Origin: Sandaracinaceae bacterium
GTDB taxonomy: Bacteria > Myxococcota_A > Polyangia > Polyangiales > Sandaracinaceae
Reading direction: 5' to 3'
Length of the DNA stretch: 64,000 nucleotides
NCBI GenBank assembly: GCA_044220955.1
Contig: JBGAQA010000016.1
Span: 38,286-102,285 of the forward strand
The notes under the pieces were generated by a model, which was not told where the DNA came from, made no database searches, and saw only the letters and a list, made by a program, of their open reading frames with translations. The position numbers were made by a program, and so were the translations under genes. Positions 1 to 9,585 of this stretch are shown here, in pieces. How positions within the stretch are numbered: position 1 is the first letter of the stretch; every line of letters starts with the position of its first letter.

Positions 1-303
1 CTCATCTATCTCGGCGCCGAGAAGGGGCAGCGCCACAGCCTCCCGAACGCGCGCTTCCTGCTCCACCAGCCGTCGACGATGGTCCGCGGCCAGTCGAGCG
101 ACATCGACATCGCCGCGCGCGAGATCGTGAAGCTGCGCCGCCGCTACAACGAGATCGTCGCCGAGTCGACCGGCAAGGACATCGCGCTCGTCGAGAAGGA
201 CAGCGACCGGGACTTCTGGCTGGTTCCGGCGGAAGCCAAGGAGTACGGCCTCGTCGATCGCGTCGTGAAGACCCGCGCCGAGCTCGACGCGAAGTCGAAG
301 TAG
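1..303 (+). CDS. clpP: ATP-dependent Clp protease proteolytic subunit, 5'-truncated by window edge
   Basis: Frame 1 is open from base 1: ...LPNARFLLHQPS...GQSSDIDIAAREI...STGK...DSDRDFW...EAKEYGLVDRV; catalytic His (HQP) and Asp (DRD) motifs of ClpP. Confidence 0.93.
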   Translation, partial: LIYLGAEKGQRHSLPNARFLLHQPSTMVRGQSSDIDIAAREIVKLRRRYNEIVAESTGKDIALVEKDSDRDFWLVPAEAKEYGLVDRVVKTRAELDAKSK

Positions 304-314
304 CGACGCAGGAG

Positions 315-362
315 CCCTCTTCCCGCGTGCGGAGAGCGCGGGGAGGGGGGTTGGGTCAGGGG
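315..362 (-). repeat. REP-like palindrome (CCCTCACCC..CCCTCTCCC-loop-GGGAGAGGG type); may also terminate the convergent genes
   Basis: Stem 315-327/337-349 followed by TTGGGTCAGGGG; the reverse complement resembles the copy at 22143-22180. Confidence 0.6.
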
Positions 363-2219
363 CTACTCGAGCAGTGAGATCACCCGGTCGAGCAGCGCGC
401 GAGCCAGTGCCCGCCGATCCTCGCTCGCCGCGATCCACGCCGCCGCCCGGGGTCCCACCGCGTAGTACGCGCTCACGAGCGCGCGGCCCGCGTCGTTCGA
501 CATCAGGTGACGGTCTCGGAAGCGGCGCAGGACGCCGATGCGCGCGTCGAGCGGGGTGCCGTAGGCGGCTGTCGCGACGAAGCAGGGCGACACCGTCGTG
601 AAGTGGATCGTCGTCGTCGTCACCTCGCTCGCGGCGACCTCGCCCGCGGCGTTGCACTCGTCGAAGGCGCGAACGCCCACGTAGTAGTGCGAGCTCGGCG
701 CGAGCTGGCCCAGCTCCACGCTCACCGTCTCGCCAGGCGCGGCCGTGATCGGGATCGTCACGCCCTGGTCCTCGATGGTCGCGGCCTTGGCCGGGCGCGC
801 TGCGCGGAACGACGCCGCGTCCACGATCGGCTGGGTGCTGACGCGGATCTCGTAGCTCGCGAGGCCGCGCACGACCTCGGGCGCCCTGAACTCGAAGTGC
901 ACCCACTCGTGCGAGTGGTGGATGTCGTCGACGGGCTCGGCGACGAGGTCCGTGGGCGCGGGCGGGTGCATCGCGATCGTGCAGCGCCCGACGCACTGAC
1001 CATCCGGACCGCAGAGCAGGCCCGACGCGCAGCCCGCGTCGTCCGCGCACTCGCGCCCGCACTCGGGCGGGGGCATCGCCGAGACGCAGGGGTCGACCAC
1101 GGGCACCCGCACGCGCACCCGAACGCCGTCGGAGCCCGCGCGCAGTCGATCGGCACCGCTGCCGGGGCGTCCCGTCGGATCGTCGATGATGCCGCTTCCG
1201 TCCATCGCGCGTCGATCGCCGCTGAGGCCGTGGATGTCGCCGTGCGCGACGGGCGTGCTCGCGGTGAACACGCCGTCTCCGGAGGTCGGCCCGATGCGCA
1301 CGTTCACGGCGTAGAGCACCGAGGGCTGTCCCCGGTACGCGTAGCCGTCGTTGATCGCGTACCAGTCCCACTGGCCGCTCGGCGCGGTGGGCGTCGGTGC
1401 GTGCCAGGTCGGCTCCGCGTAGTCGCCCTCCGTGTTCGCCTCGACGTAGACGACGTAGTCACCGTCGGGCCAGTCGCTCGGCACGTCGTAGGTGAACGAG
1501 AAGGGCATGTCGTGGGGCGGCGTCGCCATCGTCACGGCGTCGAGCTCGGGCATCACGCGTGCGCGCTCGGCGGGGAACGTTCCGACGTCGGGCTCGTCGA
1601 GGCAGCTCGCGCCGCAGACCACGTCACCGCGCGGCGGGTAGAGCGACTCGGCGGAGAGCATGCGCATGCGCCCCACGCCCGGGCTGTCCTCGAAGGGCTC
1701 CGCGTAGCCGGCGGCCACGTCGGCCTCCGTCACGAAGCGGCCTTTGTTGCTCATGAACACGCTGGCGCACGACACGGCGTCGAGCGTCTCGTGCCCGGTG
1801 AACGAGAGGCAGTAGTAGGGGTCGGCCGTGTTGGTCGCCTCGGCCGACCCGGCGCGCGAGGCGTCGCCTTCCGAGGTGCGTCTGGCGAAGATCACGCGCC
1901 GCCACGTGACGCCCGTGACCTCGTAGCGGCGGTGTGCCCAGAGCGGGAGCACGCCCTCGCGTCGGCCGTAGGGCCAGTGGTAGCCGCTGTTCATCTGGAG
2001 CGCGCCGGGCCGGTTCCCGAGCCCCCTGAACGCGACGGCGTCGGTGAGGCGCAGCGTCTGGAACATCGCCCCGTCCGCGCTCTCGATCCAGACGGCGAGC
2101 TGGGTGCGGATCGTCGGCGTCATCTCGACGGTGATCGTGCGCTGCTGCGCACCCGCCGGGACCGACCACCAGGAGACGAAGAGAAGGAGCGCTAGCGCAG
2201 ACGCCGAGCCCAGGCGCAT
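363..2219 (-). CDS. Secreted protein with Cys-rich segment, fibronectin type III-like domain and C-terminal CFI-box-CTERM domain
   Basis: Signal peptide (..PAGA|QQ); FN3-like YEIRVS..YYVGVRAFD; C-terminal CFVATAAYG..LRRFRD..GRALVSAYY..GPRAA. Confidence 0.8.
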   Translation of the reverse strand: MRLGSASALALLLFVSWWSVPAGAQQRTITVEMTPTIRTQLAVWIESADGAMFQTLRLTDAVAFRGLGNRPGALQMNSGYHWPYGRREGVLPLWAHRRYEVTGVTWRRVIFARRTSEGDASRAGSAEATNTADPYYCLSFTGHETLDAVSCASVFMSNKGRFVTEADVAAGYAEPFEDSPGVGRMRMLSAESLYPPRGDVVCGASCLDEPDVGTFPAERARVMPELDAVTMATPPHDMPFSFTYDVPSDWPDGDYVVYVEANTEGDYAEPTWHAPTPTAPSGQWDWYAINDGYAYRGQPSVLYAVNVRIGPTSGDGVFTASTPVAHGDIHGLSGDRRAMDGSGIIDDPTGRPGSGADRLRAGSDGVRVRVRVPVVDPCVSAMPPPECGRECADDAGCASGLLCGPDGQCVGRCTIAMHPPAPTDLVAEPVDDIHHSHEWVHFEFRAPEVVRGLASYEIRVSTQPIVDAASFRAARPAKAATIEDQGVTIPITAAPGETVSVELGQLAPSSHYYVGVRAFDECNAAGEVAASEVTTTTIHFTTVSPCFVATAAYGTPLDARIGVLRRFRDRHLMSNDAGRALVSAYYAVGPRAAAWIAASEDRRALARALLDRVISLLE

Positions 2220-2249
2220 CGGGCGAAGGTAGCATCGCCGGGACTGGCG

Positions 2250-2900
2250 TCAGGCCGGAACGTGGGGTGCCGCGAGGTAGTTCTCGATCGAGCCCAGATC
2301 CAGGAACGAGGCGACGTGGCGCCCGATGCGGACGGCACCGGCCACCGCGCCGAGCCCCCGGCCGAAGAGCCGCAGCGTCGTCGCGTCGCGCGCGTCGGCG
2401 AAGTCCTCGGTGACGATCCCGTCCCAGGCGGCCGAGCCAGGGAGCAGGATCGCGCGCACCTCGTTGCGCACGTAGCCGACGAGCGGATGGATCGCGATCG
2501 CCATCGGCGTGTGCTCGTCCTGCCAGCGCGCGAGGAAGGTCGCCCGGTCGACGCGCGGGCTGCGGCGGAAGAGGGTGACGAGCGAGACGCGCGCCGAGGC
2601 GGCGGGCGGGACCGGCACGCTCTCGTCGACGAGGTAGCCCTCGAGCCGACCCGGCAGGTGCGCGAGCGCGGCCCGCGCGGCGGCCAGCGTGTCGTCTGCG
2701 CCGCGGAGCGAGACGAGCGCCATCGGCGTACGCCGGAAGGGGACGAGCGAGAGCCGCGGCGGCGTCACGTGGGTGACGTGGACGCTCGCCTGCGCGAAGG
2801 ACAGACCGTCGAGGCGGCGCTCGACGGCGTCGCGGCCGGCGCGCGCGAACACGCCGATGTCCGACTCGGGCGGACGCCACACGAAGACGTGCTTGTCCAC
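2250..2900 (-). CDS. EthD/Dabb-like domain protein
   Basis: RR.P..DRATFLARWQDEHTPMA..GYVRN..WDGIVT pattern typical of EthD domains; 1 bp from the mutY stop. Confidence 0.65.
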   Translation of the reverse strand: MDKHVFVWRPPESDIGVFARAGRDAVERRLDGLSFAQASVHVTHVTPPRLSLVPFRRTPMALVSLRGADDTLAAARAALAHLPGRLEGYLVDESVPVPPAASARVSLVTLFRRSPRVDRATFLARWQDEHTPMAIAIHPLVGYVRNEVRAILLPGSAAWDGIVTEDFADARDATTLRLFGRGLGAVAGAVRIGRHVASFLDLGSIENYLAAPHVPA

Positions 2901-2901
2901 G

Positions 2902-3954
2902 TCACGAGCTTCGCACGGACCCGTGGCGATCGGCGAGCCGCAGGATCTTGCGCGTCAGCGTCGCGATGCCGACGTCGGGCAGGGCGTCGAGCGCGGCGAG
3001 GCGACGCGCCTTCGTGGCGCGCGCCGTGCGAGTCGTCGCGGCCACGACGTGGACGGTGAGGCGACGGTGCGTCAGCACGTGCTCGACGACGCCGAGCGGC
3101 CGGCCGACGCGACCCGAGAGCCCGTGCGCGGCCAGCGCGCCGCGGGCGTCGTCGCCCTCCGCGGTCGGCAGGCCGAAGAGCCCGCCGAAGAGGCCTCCGG
3201 CGCTGCGCACGAGCCAGACGCGCGCGTCGCCCGCGGGGCCTGCGATCACGGCGGTCATCGTGACCGGGCGGGGCGCGCGCCTGACGCGCGGGAAGGGAAG
3301 CGCGCTCGTGCGACCCGTGTCGCGCGCTCTGCACGCGAGGCGCACGGGGCACGCTTCGCAGCGCGGCGAGACCGGTGTGCACACCGTCGCCCCGAGCTCC
3401 ATGAGCGCCTGGTTCAGTGCTCCGGGTCGGGGGCCGCGCGCGAGGTGCGTCGCCTCGTCCCAGAGGCGCGCCTCCGTGCGCCTCTCGCCGAGCGGCGTCT
3501 CGATCGCGTGCAGCCGGGTCAGCACGCGGGCGACATTCCCGTCGACGATGGGCTCGGGGAGATCGAAGGCGATCGAGCCGATCGCGCCCGCCGTGTAGCG
3601 GCCGATCCCGGGGAGCGCCGCGCGCGCTGCCGCGTCCTCCGGCATGCGGCCTCCGTGCTCGGCGACGACGGTCTTCGCACCCCGGTGCAAGAGGCGCGCG
3701 CGCCGGTAGTAGCCCAGGCCACTCCACATCGAGAGCACCTCGTCTTCGTCTGCGCAGGCGAGGGTGGCCGCGTCGGGGAAGCGCGCGAGGAATCGCTCGT
3801 AGTACGGCACGACCGTCTCCACGCGCGTCTGCTGGAGCATGATCTCCGAGATCCAGATCGCGTAGGGGTCGCGCGTGCGCCGCCACGGTAGCTCCCGCGC
3901 GTGCGCGTCGTACCAGGCGAGCAGTCGCGCACGGATCGAGCGGCCCGAGGGCAC
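2902..3954 (-). CDS. mutY: A/G-specific adenine glycosylase MutY
   Basis: LPWR..DPYAIWISEIMLQQT, WSGLGYYRRAR, HhH LPGIGRYTAGAI, VDGNVARV, NQALMELGA, FeS motif C-x6-C-x2-C-x5-C. Confidence 0.96.
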   Translation of the reverse strand: MPSGRSIRARLLAWYDAHARELPWRRTRDPYAIWISEIMLQQTRVETVVPYYERFLARFPDAATLACADEDEVLSMWSGLGYYRRARLLHRGAKTVVAEHGGRMPEDAAARAALPGIGRYTAGAIGSIAFDLPEPIVDGNVARVLTRLHAIETPLGERRTEARLWDEATHLARGPRPGALNQALMELGATVCTPVSPRCEACPVRLACRARDTGRTSALPFPRVRRAPRPVTMTAVIAGPAGDARVWLVRSAGGLFGGLFGLPTAEGDDARGALAAHGLSGRVGRPLGVVEHVLTHRRLTVHVVAATTRTARATKARRLAALDALPDVGIATLTRKILRLADRHGSVRSS

Positions 3955-4001
3955 GCGCCACGTCTAACACGAAGCGTCGAGACGCAGGTAGGCTGCCCCG
4001 C

Positions 4002-5885
4002 ATGTCCGATCGACCCGGCGACATCGAGCCCACCCTCCGCGCGCCCGGCGCGTTCGAGTCGGCGCCCACGTGGGCGGTCCCATCCTCGGGCGGCGCTCCC
4101 TCGCTGCCGCCGGAGGTGGACGCGTCGGCGGTGGACCTGCGCGACGCGGCGTTCGAGCGTCGCTACGAGCCGCGCTCGCTGCTCGGCGAGGGCGGCATGG
4201 GCGAGGTCGTGCTCTGCCGCGATCGACACGTGGGCCGCGACGTCGCGCTCAAGCGCATCAAGGGTGCGAGCGCGAGCACCGACGTCGTCGAGCGCTTCGT
4301 GCGCGAGGCCCGCGTCCAGGGACAGCTCGAGCACCCAGCGGTGGTGCCGGTGCACGACCTCGGCGTCGCGCCCGACGGACGCACGTTCTTCACGATGAAG
4401 CGCGTGCGCGGCGAGACGCTCGACGACGTCGTGGGGATGCTCGCCAAGGGCAGCGCCGAAGCGAGCGCTCGCTTCGGGCGGCGGCGCCTGCTCGACGCGT
4501 TCCGCACGGTGTGTCTCGCGATCGACTTCGCGCACGCGCGCGGCGTGCTGCACCGCGACCTGAAGCCGGCGAACGTGATGCTGGGCGAGTTCGGCGAAGT
4601 GCACGTCCTCGACTGGGGGCTGGCGAAGATCCGCTCGCTGCCCGAGGACGGGGCACGGGGCGATGGATCGCGGGTGGAGATCGACGCGCCGAGCGGCGCG
4701 ACGCTCCACGGCTCGCTCATGGGCACGCCCGGGTACATGGCGCCCGAGCAGGCGCGCGGCGAGATCGAGAAGCTCGACGCACGGACGGACGTGTACTCCC
4801 TCGGCGCGATCCTCTTCGAGCTGCTCTACCTCGAGCCTCTGCACCGCGGGAACGCGACCGGACGCCTCGCGAGCACGCTGATGCCGCCGGTCTTCGAGGG
4901 GCGCGCGCGGCGCGCTGACGTCGCGCCGGAGCTCGAGGCGATCTGCAGGCGTGCGTGCGCGCTCGAGCCGGCGGAGCGCCATGTGAGCGCTCGCGAGCTC
5001 GCGGAGGCGCTCGAGCGCTATCTCGACGGAGAGCGCGACGAGGCCCGCAGGCGGGAGCTCGCGCGAGAGCACGTCGAGCGCGCCGAGGCGATGACGAGGG
5101 ACGGCGGGCGCTCCGCGGAGGCGATGCGGGAGCTCGGCCGGGCGCTGGCGCTCGATCCGACGCACCCCGGCGCGCTCGCGGCGCTGCAGCACTTGCTCAC
5201 CGACGTGCCCGCGGAGCTGCCCGATGGCGCGCGGGCGGAGCTCGAGGAGCAGGCGCGGACGCGCCGTCGCGCGGTCCTGCGCGCGACCGCGATGCGCACG
5301 CTGACCTGGCTCGTCGCGATGCCCGTCGTGGTCGCCTTCGGGGTCACGCACTGGGGCTTCGCGAGCGTCGCGATCGGCGCGGTCGTCTCGACGACGGCGC
5401 TCGCCGTCTGGATCTGGCGGACGGGCCGGACCAGCGAGGGAGCGCTCTTCGCGTTCTACGGAGCGAGCGTGCTGACCATCGCGACCTTGAGCCTGATCTT
5501 CGGGCCGCTGCTCCTCGTGCCGGGCTTCGTCGTCACGAACGCGATGTTCTTCGCGCTCGACGCGCCGAGGCCCGCGCGCAAGTGGATCATCGCGCTCGGC
5601 CTGCTCGCGATCGTGGTCCCATACGCGCTCGAGCTCGCGGGTCTCTTGCCCATGCCCTACGCGCTGGCCGAGGACGGCGCGCTCGTGATCCGCTCGCCGA
5701 TGGTCCGGTTCGACGCCGTGCTGACGCCCTTCTTCTTGCTCGCGACGAGCATCTCGCTCGTCGTCACGCCCACGCTCTTGATCGGCCGCTTCAAGGACGA
5801 GCTCGAGCGTGCCGAGCGCCGCGTGATCGCGAGCGCATGGCACCTGCGTCAGCTCATCCCGCGCGAGAGCGACCCGTCGCCGTGA
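4002..5885 (+). CDS. Hanks-type Ser/Thr protein kinase with C-terminal multi-pass membrane domain
   Basis: LGEGGMGEV, VALK, HRDLKPAN, DWG, GTPGYMAPEQ, DVYSLG; about 5-6 hydrophobic helices in the C-terminal third. Confidence 0.93.
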   Translation: MSDRPGDIEPTLRAPGAFESAPTWAVPSSGGAPSLPPEVDASAVDLRDAAFERRYEPRSLLGEGGMGEVVLCRDRHVGRDVALKRIKGASASTDVVERFVREARVQGQLEHPAVVPVHDLGVAPDGRTFFTMKRVRGETLDDVVGMLAKGSAEASARFGRRRLLDAFRTVCLAIDFAHARGVLHRDLKPANVMLGEFGEVHVLDWGLAKIRSLPEDGARGDGSRVEIDAPSGATLHGSLMGTPGYMAPEQARGEIEKLDARTDVYSLGAILFELLYLEPLHRGNATGRLASTLMPPVFEGRARRADVAPELEAICRRACALEPAERHVSARELAEALERYLDGERDEARRRELAREHVERAEAMTRDGGRSAEAMRELGRALALDPTHPGALAALQHLLTDVPAELPDGARAELEEQARTRRRAVLRATAMRTLTWLVAMPVVVAFGVTHWGFASVAIGAVVSTTALAVWIWRTGRTSEGALFAFYGASVLTIATLSLIFGPLLLVPGFVVTNAMFFALDAPRPARKWIIALGLLAIVVPYALELAGLLPMPYALAEDGALVIRSPMVRFDAVLTPFFLLATSISLVVTPTLLIGRFKDELERAERRVIASAWHLRQLIPRESDPSP

Positions 5886-5895
5886 GCCTGTCCTC

Positions 5896-6411
5896 GTGAC
5901 CTTGCTCGCCGCGATGGTGCTGGTGCCCGCGTTCGTGGCCTTCGGGCTCGCGCCGCTCCTGGTCTACCTCTGGGGCCGCCGCCTGCCGGAGAGCCACGAG
6001 ACGCGGCGCAGCGTCCACGTCCCGGCCACGCCGCACGAGGTGTTCACGCTGCTCGCCGACGTCCGCGCGATCCCGCGCTGGCGCAAGACCGTCCGCCGCG
6101 TGACGATCCTCGGCACCGAGCCGCGGCTGCGCTTCCGCGAGCATGGAGCGCAAGGGGCGCTCGAGCTCGAGATCGAGAGCTCGCGATCGCCCGATCGGCT
6201 GGTCGTGCGGGCGATCCCCGCGAGGCCGATGGCCTTCGAGGGGAGCTGGACCTACGAGCTCGAGCCCGAGGCCGACGGCACGCGCGCGACGCTGACCGAG
6301 CGGGGACGGATCGGCCATCCGATCGCCCGCGTCTTCGCCGTCCACGCGCTCGGGCGCGCCACGCACGCGGAGCGCACCCTCGCCGCGCTCGCGCACCACT
6401 TCCGGCGCTGA
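5896..6411 (+). CDS. SRPBCC (polyketide cyclase/START-like) family protein with N-terminal anchor
   Basis: VPATPHEVFTLLAD..PRWR..GSWTYELEPEADGTRATLTE. Confidence 0.75.
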   Translation: MTLLAAMVLVPAFVAFGLAPLLVYLWGRRLPESHETRRSVHVPATPHEVFTLLADVRAIPRWRKTVRRVTILGTEPRLRFREHGAQGALELEIESSRSPDRLVVRAIPARPMAFEGSWTYELEPEADGTRATLTERGRIGHPIARVFAVHALGRATHAERTLAALAHHFRR

Positions 6412-6491
6412 ACGACTCCACCTCCCTACATCCCGCTCCCGGCGACCCCATTGACGCGCGCCGGGTCGTGCTGGACCCTCGTGGACGGGCG

Positions 6492-7394
6492 ATGACACGC
6501 GCGTCGAGAACGGTCGCATCGTGGGCGGCGGCGGGGCTCGCATGCCTCGTGCTCGTCGCTGCCCTCCCGGGCGGCGCGCAGGATCGCAGCACCGTCGTGC
6601 GCGTGCTGGAAGAGGGCTCCGACTTCCGCGCGCGGGTGCGGGCGGCGGCCGCGCTCGGGTCGAGCGGAGACACCGCGATGGCCGCGCCGCTGGCGCGTGC
6701 GCTCGGCCGCGACGAGAACGCCGCCGTGCGCGCGGCGTGTGCCGAGGGTCTCGGGCGGCTGGGTGCGGCGAGCTCGCGCAGCGCGCTCGAGCGTGCGACG
6801 CACGACGAGTCCTCGAGCGTCCGCGACGCCGCGACGCGGGCGCTGCGGATGATGACCGCGTCGGCGCCGCCCTCGCCCGCACCTGCGCCCGCGCCGGTGC
6901 CGTCCTCGCCCTCCGGCTCGGGGCACGTCGACTGGTCGCAGACGAGCTCCGTCGTGTTCGTCGGCTCGCTCAGCGATCGCAGCGGCTTCGCGCACGCCCG
7001 GCTCGTGACCGTGATGGGCACGGAGGTCCGGCGTGCGCTCGGCGGCGTGCGCGGGGTCGTCGTCCTCGGGCCGAGCGACTCGCGCACGGAGGCCGACCGC
7101 GAGGCGGCCGCGCGGCACCTGCCCGAGTACCGCATCGAGGGGTCGATCAGCCGCGTGCGCGGCGAGACGGCCGGCCGCGACCTGCGCGTTCGCGCCGAGG
7201 TCACGCTGGTCCTCATGGACGAGCCCACGCGCAACATCCGCGCCTCGCTGAACGGCGCCGCCACCGGCTCCGAGCCCGCGCCGTCGAGCGCCGCGCGCGC
7301 CGCTCGCGAGCGCTACCTCGCCGAGCAGGCCCTCACGAGCGCGACGCGCAGCGCGATGACCGGCGTCCCGCGCGCGATCGCCAGCGGGCACTGA
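6492..7394 (+). CDS. Secreted HEAT-repeat protein
   Basis: Signal peptide; repeats FRARVRAAAALG, AAVRAACAEGLG, SSVRDAATRAL; Pro-rich linker. Confidence 0.75.
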   Translation: MTRASRTVASWAAAGLACLVLVAALPGGAQDRSTVVRVLEEGSDFRARVRAAAALGSSGDTAMAAPLARALGRDENAAVRAACAEGLGRLGAASSRSALERATHDESSSVRDAATRALRMMTASAPPSPAPAPAPVPSSPSGSGHVDWSQTSSVVFVGSLSDRSGFAHARLVTVMGTEVRRALGGVRGVVVLGPSDSRTEADREAAARHLPEYRIEGSISRVRGETAGRDLRVRAEVTLVLMDEPTRNIRASLNGAATGSEPAPSSAARAARERYLAEQALTSATRSAMTGVPRAIASGH

Positions 7395-7430
7395 CGCGCC
7401 CGACGATCTCGCCCGGGCCGCCCCGCGCGA

Positions 7431-9488
7431 TCAGGGACAGGTGCGGCCCATCCCCTCGAGCGTCTCGCGGACCTCCGCGATCGCCGGGTGGTCGGGCGCG
7501 ATCCGACAGAAGCGCTGGTAGTCGGCGATCGCCTCCTCGCGGCGTCCCATCCTCATCAGGCAGTCGCCGCGGCGGCGCAGCGCGATGGGCGTGCCGCCGC
7601 CGGTGATCAGGCCGCTGAGGATCTCGACGCACTCCGCCGCCGATCCGTCGCTCAGCGCGCGCTGCGCGGCGCCGAGCGGATCGGTGTGCGGATCGGGAGC
7701 CGGGGTGGTGTGCGTGACCGCGGTGGTCGTGGTCGGAGGCGGCGTGGTCCCGTCAGGGCGCGAGTGATGCGCTCCGTGATGGTGCGCGCCGGTCGTCGTC
7801 GGCGGCGGGTCGGTGGGTGTGACCTCCGCCGTGCCGGGCGTCCCGGCGTCGGCGATCGCGTCGTCGTCGTCGGCGTCCGTGCCCGCGCCGGCGTCGGAGG
7901 ACGCGAGCGGCGGCGGAGGCGGGGCGTGCGTCCCACCCCCATGGCTCGTCACGCCCATGAAGCCGAGGACGACCACCGCGATCCCGGCCGAGAGCGCGCC
8001 CGCCGCGAGCCCGATGAACGCGAGCACGACGGTCCCGCGCCGGCGTGGCCGCGGCTCGAGCAGCTCGCCCGGCGCGCTCGATGGCACGGGCGCCCGCACG
8101 GGCGGCCCGATCGGGCTCGTGTTGCCAGGCAGGTCCGCCGGCGGTGGTTGCACGCGCCGCGCCTCGGCGACCGGCGGCGGGACGGGCTCGATCGTGGAGA
8201 TCGCGGTGCGGGGAATCTCTCGCGCGCGCGGCGCGACGTCGGTCGCGGGCGCCGTGGCCACGGCGCGAGGCGCGGCCGGGCCGCCGAGCCCGTCCAGCGC
8301 GCCTGGCGAGGGCGCGAGCGCGGTCTGCGCCATCGCGCGCGCGATCGCGGGATCGACCCCGCTGCCCTGGGGCGAGGTCGTCACGCCCGGCGCGGCGCCC
8401 GCGGCGCGTCGGATCTCGTCCTCGTCGAACGCCGGCATCGCGGAGAACGTGCCGGGCGTGAGCGCGTCGTCCGGCGCGGCGGACGGTGCCGGGCGCGCGG
8501 GCGCCGGGGGGCTCGGCTGCGGCGCGGCGGCCAAGGCAGGGTCGAGCGTGCGCAGGCTCCCGAGCGGCGTCGTCGCCATCCCCGCGCGCGGCCGCGCCAC
8601 CGCGCCGGGCGCGACGCCCGCGGCGTCGAGGAACGCGTCGGCCATCTCCGTCGCCGCGCGGAAGCGCGCGTCGCGCACGCGCGCCATCGCGCGCATCACC
8701 ACGGCCTCGATGGCGGCGGGCAGGTCCGGCCGATGCGATCGCAGCGGCGCCATCTTGCCGTGCAGGATCGCCACGATCAGATCCGTGGGCGTCCCGGCGA
8801 GGAAGGGCGGCTTGCCCGCCAGGGCCTCGTAGACGATCACGCCGAGCGAGTAGATGTCGACGCGGTGGTCGACCTCCGGCTCCGCGCCCAGCTGTTCCGG
8901 CGACATGTAGCGCGGCGTCCCGAGGACCTGCCCGGTCTGCGTCAGGCGCTCGCCCCCGAAGACCTTCGAGACGCCGAAGTCGAGCAGCTTGACCTGCACG
9001 CGTCCGTCGGCGCCCGCGCAGAGGAAGATGTTGTCGGGCTTGAGATCGCGGTGCACGACGCCGTTGGCGTGCGCCGTCGCGAGCCCGGCCGCCGTGCCGG
9101 CCACGATCGGGGCGAGCTCGGCCGGCTCGAGCCGCCCGCGGCGCATGCGCGCGCCGAGCGTCTCGCCGCGCAGCATCTCCATGACGAGCATCACGCGGCC
9201 GCCCTCGATCTCGGTGACCTCCTCGATGGCGACGATCGCCGGGTGCTTGAGCGAGCGCAGGACCTGGCCCTCGCGTCGCAGGCGGGCCGTCGCCTCGGGG
9301 CTCTGCTCGGGGCTCGTCCGCAGCACCTTGACGGCCACGCTCCGGCCCGAGCCCAGCTCGACCGCGCGGAACACGTCGGCCATGCCGCCCGATCCCAGCG
9401 ACTCCTCGATGCGGTAGCGCGATGCCAGCACCGTCCCGGGCGTGGGCGGCGTGTACGTCGAGGGAGCGAGCTCGGGCATCGGGTGCAT
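7431..9488 (-). CDS. Membrane Ser/Thr protein kinase with Pro/Ala linker, TM helix and C-terminal TPR
   Basis: LGSGGMADV, VAVK, HRDLKPDN, DFG, GTPRYMSPEQ; TM VVLAFIGLAAG..; TPR-like RRGDCLMRMGRREEAIADYQRF. Start codon uncertain (9479-9497). Confidence 0.92.
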   Translation of the reverse strand: MHPMPELAPSTYTPPTPGTVLASRYRIEESLGSGGMADVFRAVELGSGRSVAVKVLRTSPEQSPEATARLRREGQVLRSLKHPAIVAIEEVTEIEGGRVMLVMEMLRGETLGARMRRGRLEPAELAPIVAGTAAGLATAHANGVVHRDLKPDNIFLCAGADGRVQVKLLDFGVSKVFGGERLTQTGQVLGTPRYMSPEQLGAEPEVDHRVDIYSLGVIVYEALAGKPPFLAGTPTDLIVAILHGKMAPLRSHRPDLPAAIEAVVMRAMARVRDARFRAATEMADAFLDAAGVAPGAVARPRAGMATTPLGSLRTLDPALAAAPQPSPPAPARPAPSAAPDDALTPGTFSAMPAFDEDEIRRAAGAAPGVTTSPQGSGVDPAIARAMAQTALAPSPGALDGLGGPAAPRAVATAPATDVAPRAREIPRTAISTIEPVPPPVAEARRVQPPPADLPGNTSPIGPPVRAPVPSSAPGELLEPRPRRRGTVVLAFIGLAAGALSAGIAVVVLGFMGVTSHGGGTHAPPPPPLASSDAGAGTDADDDDAIADAGTPGTAEVTPTDPPPTTTGAHHHGAHHSRPDGTTPPPTTTTAVTHTTPAPDPHTDPLGAAQRALSDGSAAECVEILSGLITGGGTPIALRRRGDCLMRMGRREEAIADYQRFCRIAPDHPAIAEVRETLEGMGRTCP

Positions 9489-9585
9489 GAGGATCACTGG
9501 CCCGAGCCGAAGGCGTCAACGGCCGTGGCCACACCTACGACCCGGTGCGTGCCGATCTCCCTGGGTCCCTGGCATGCTCGGGCCC

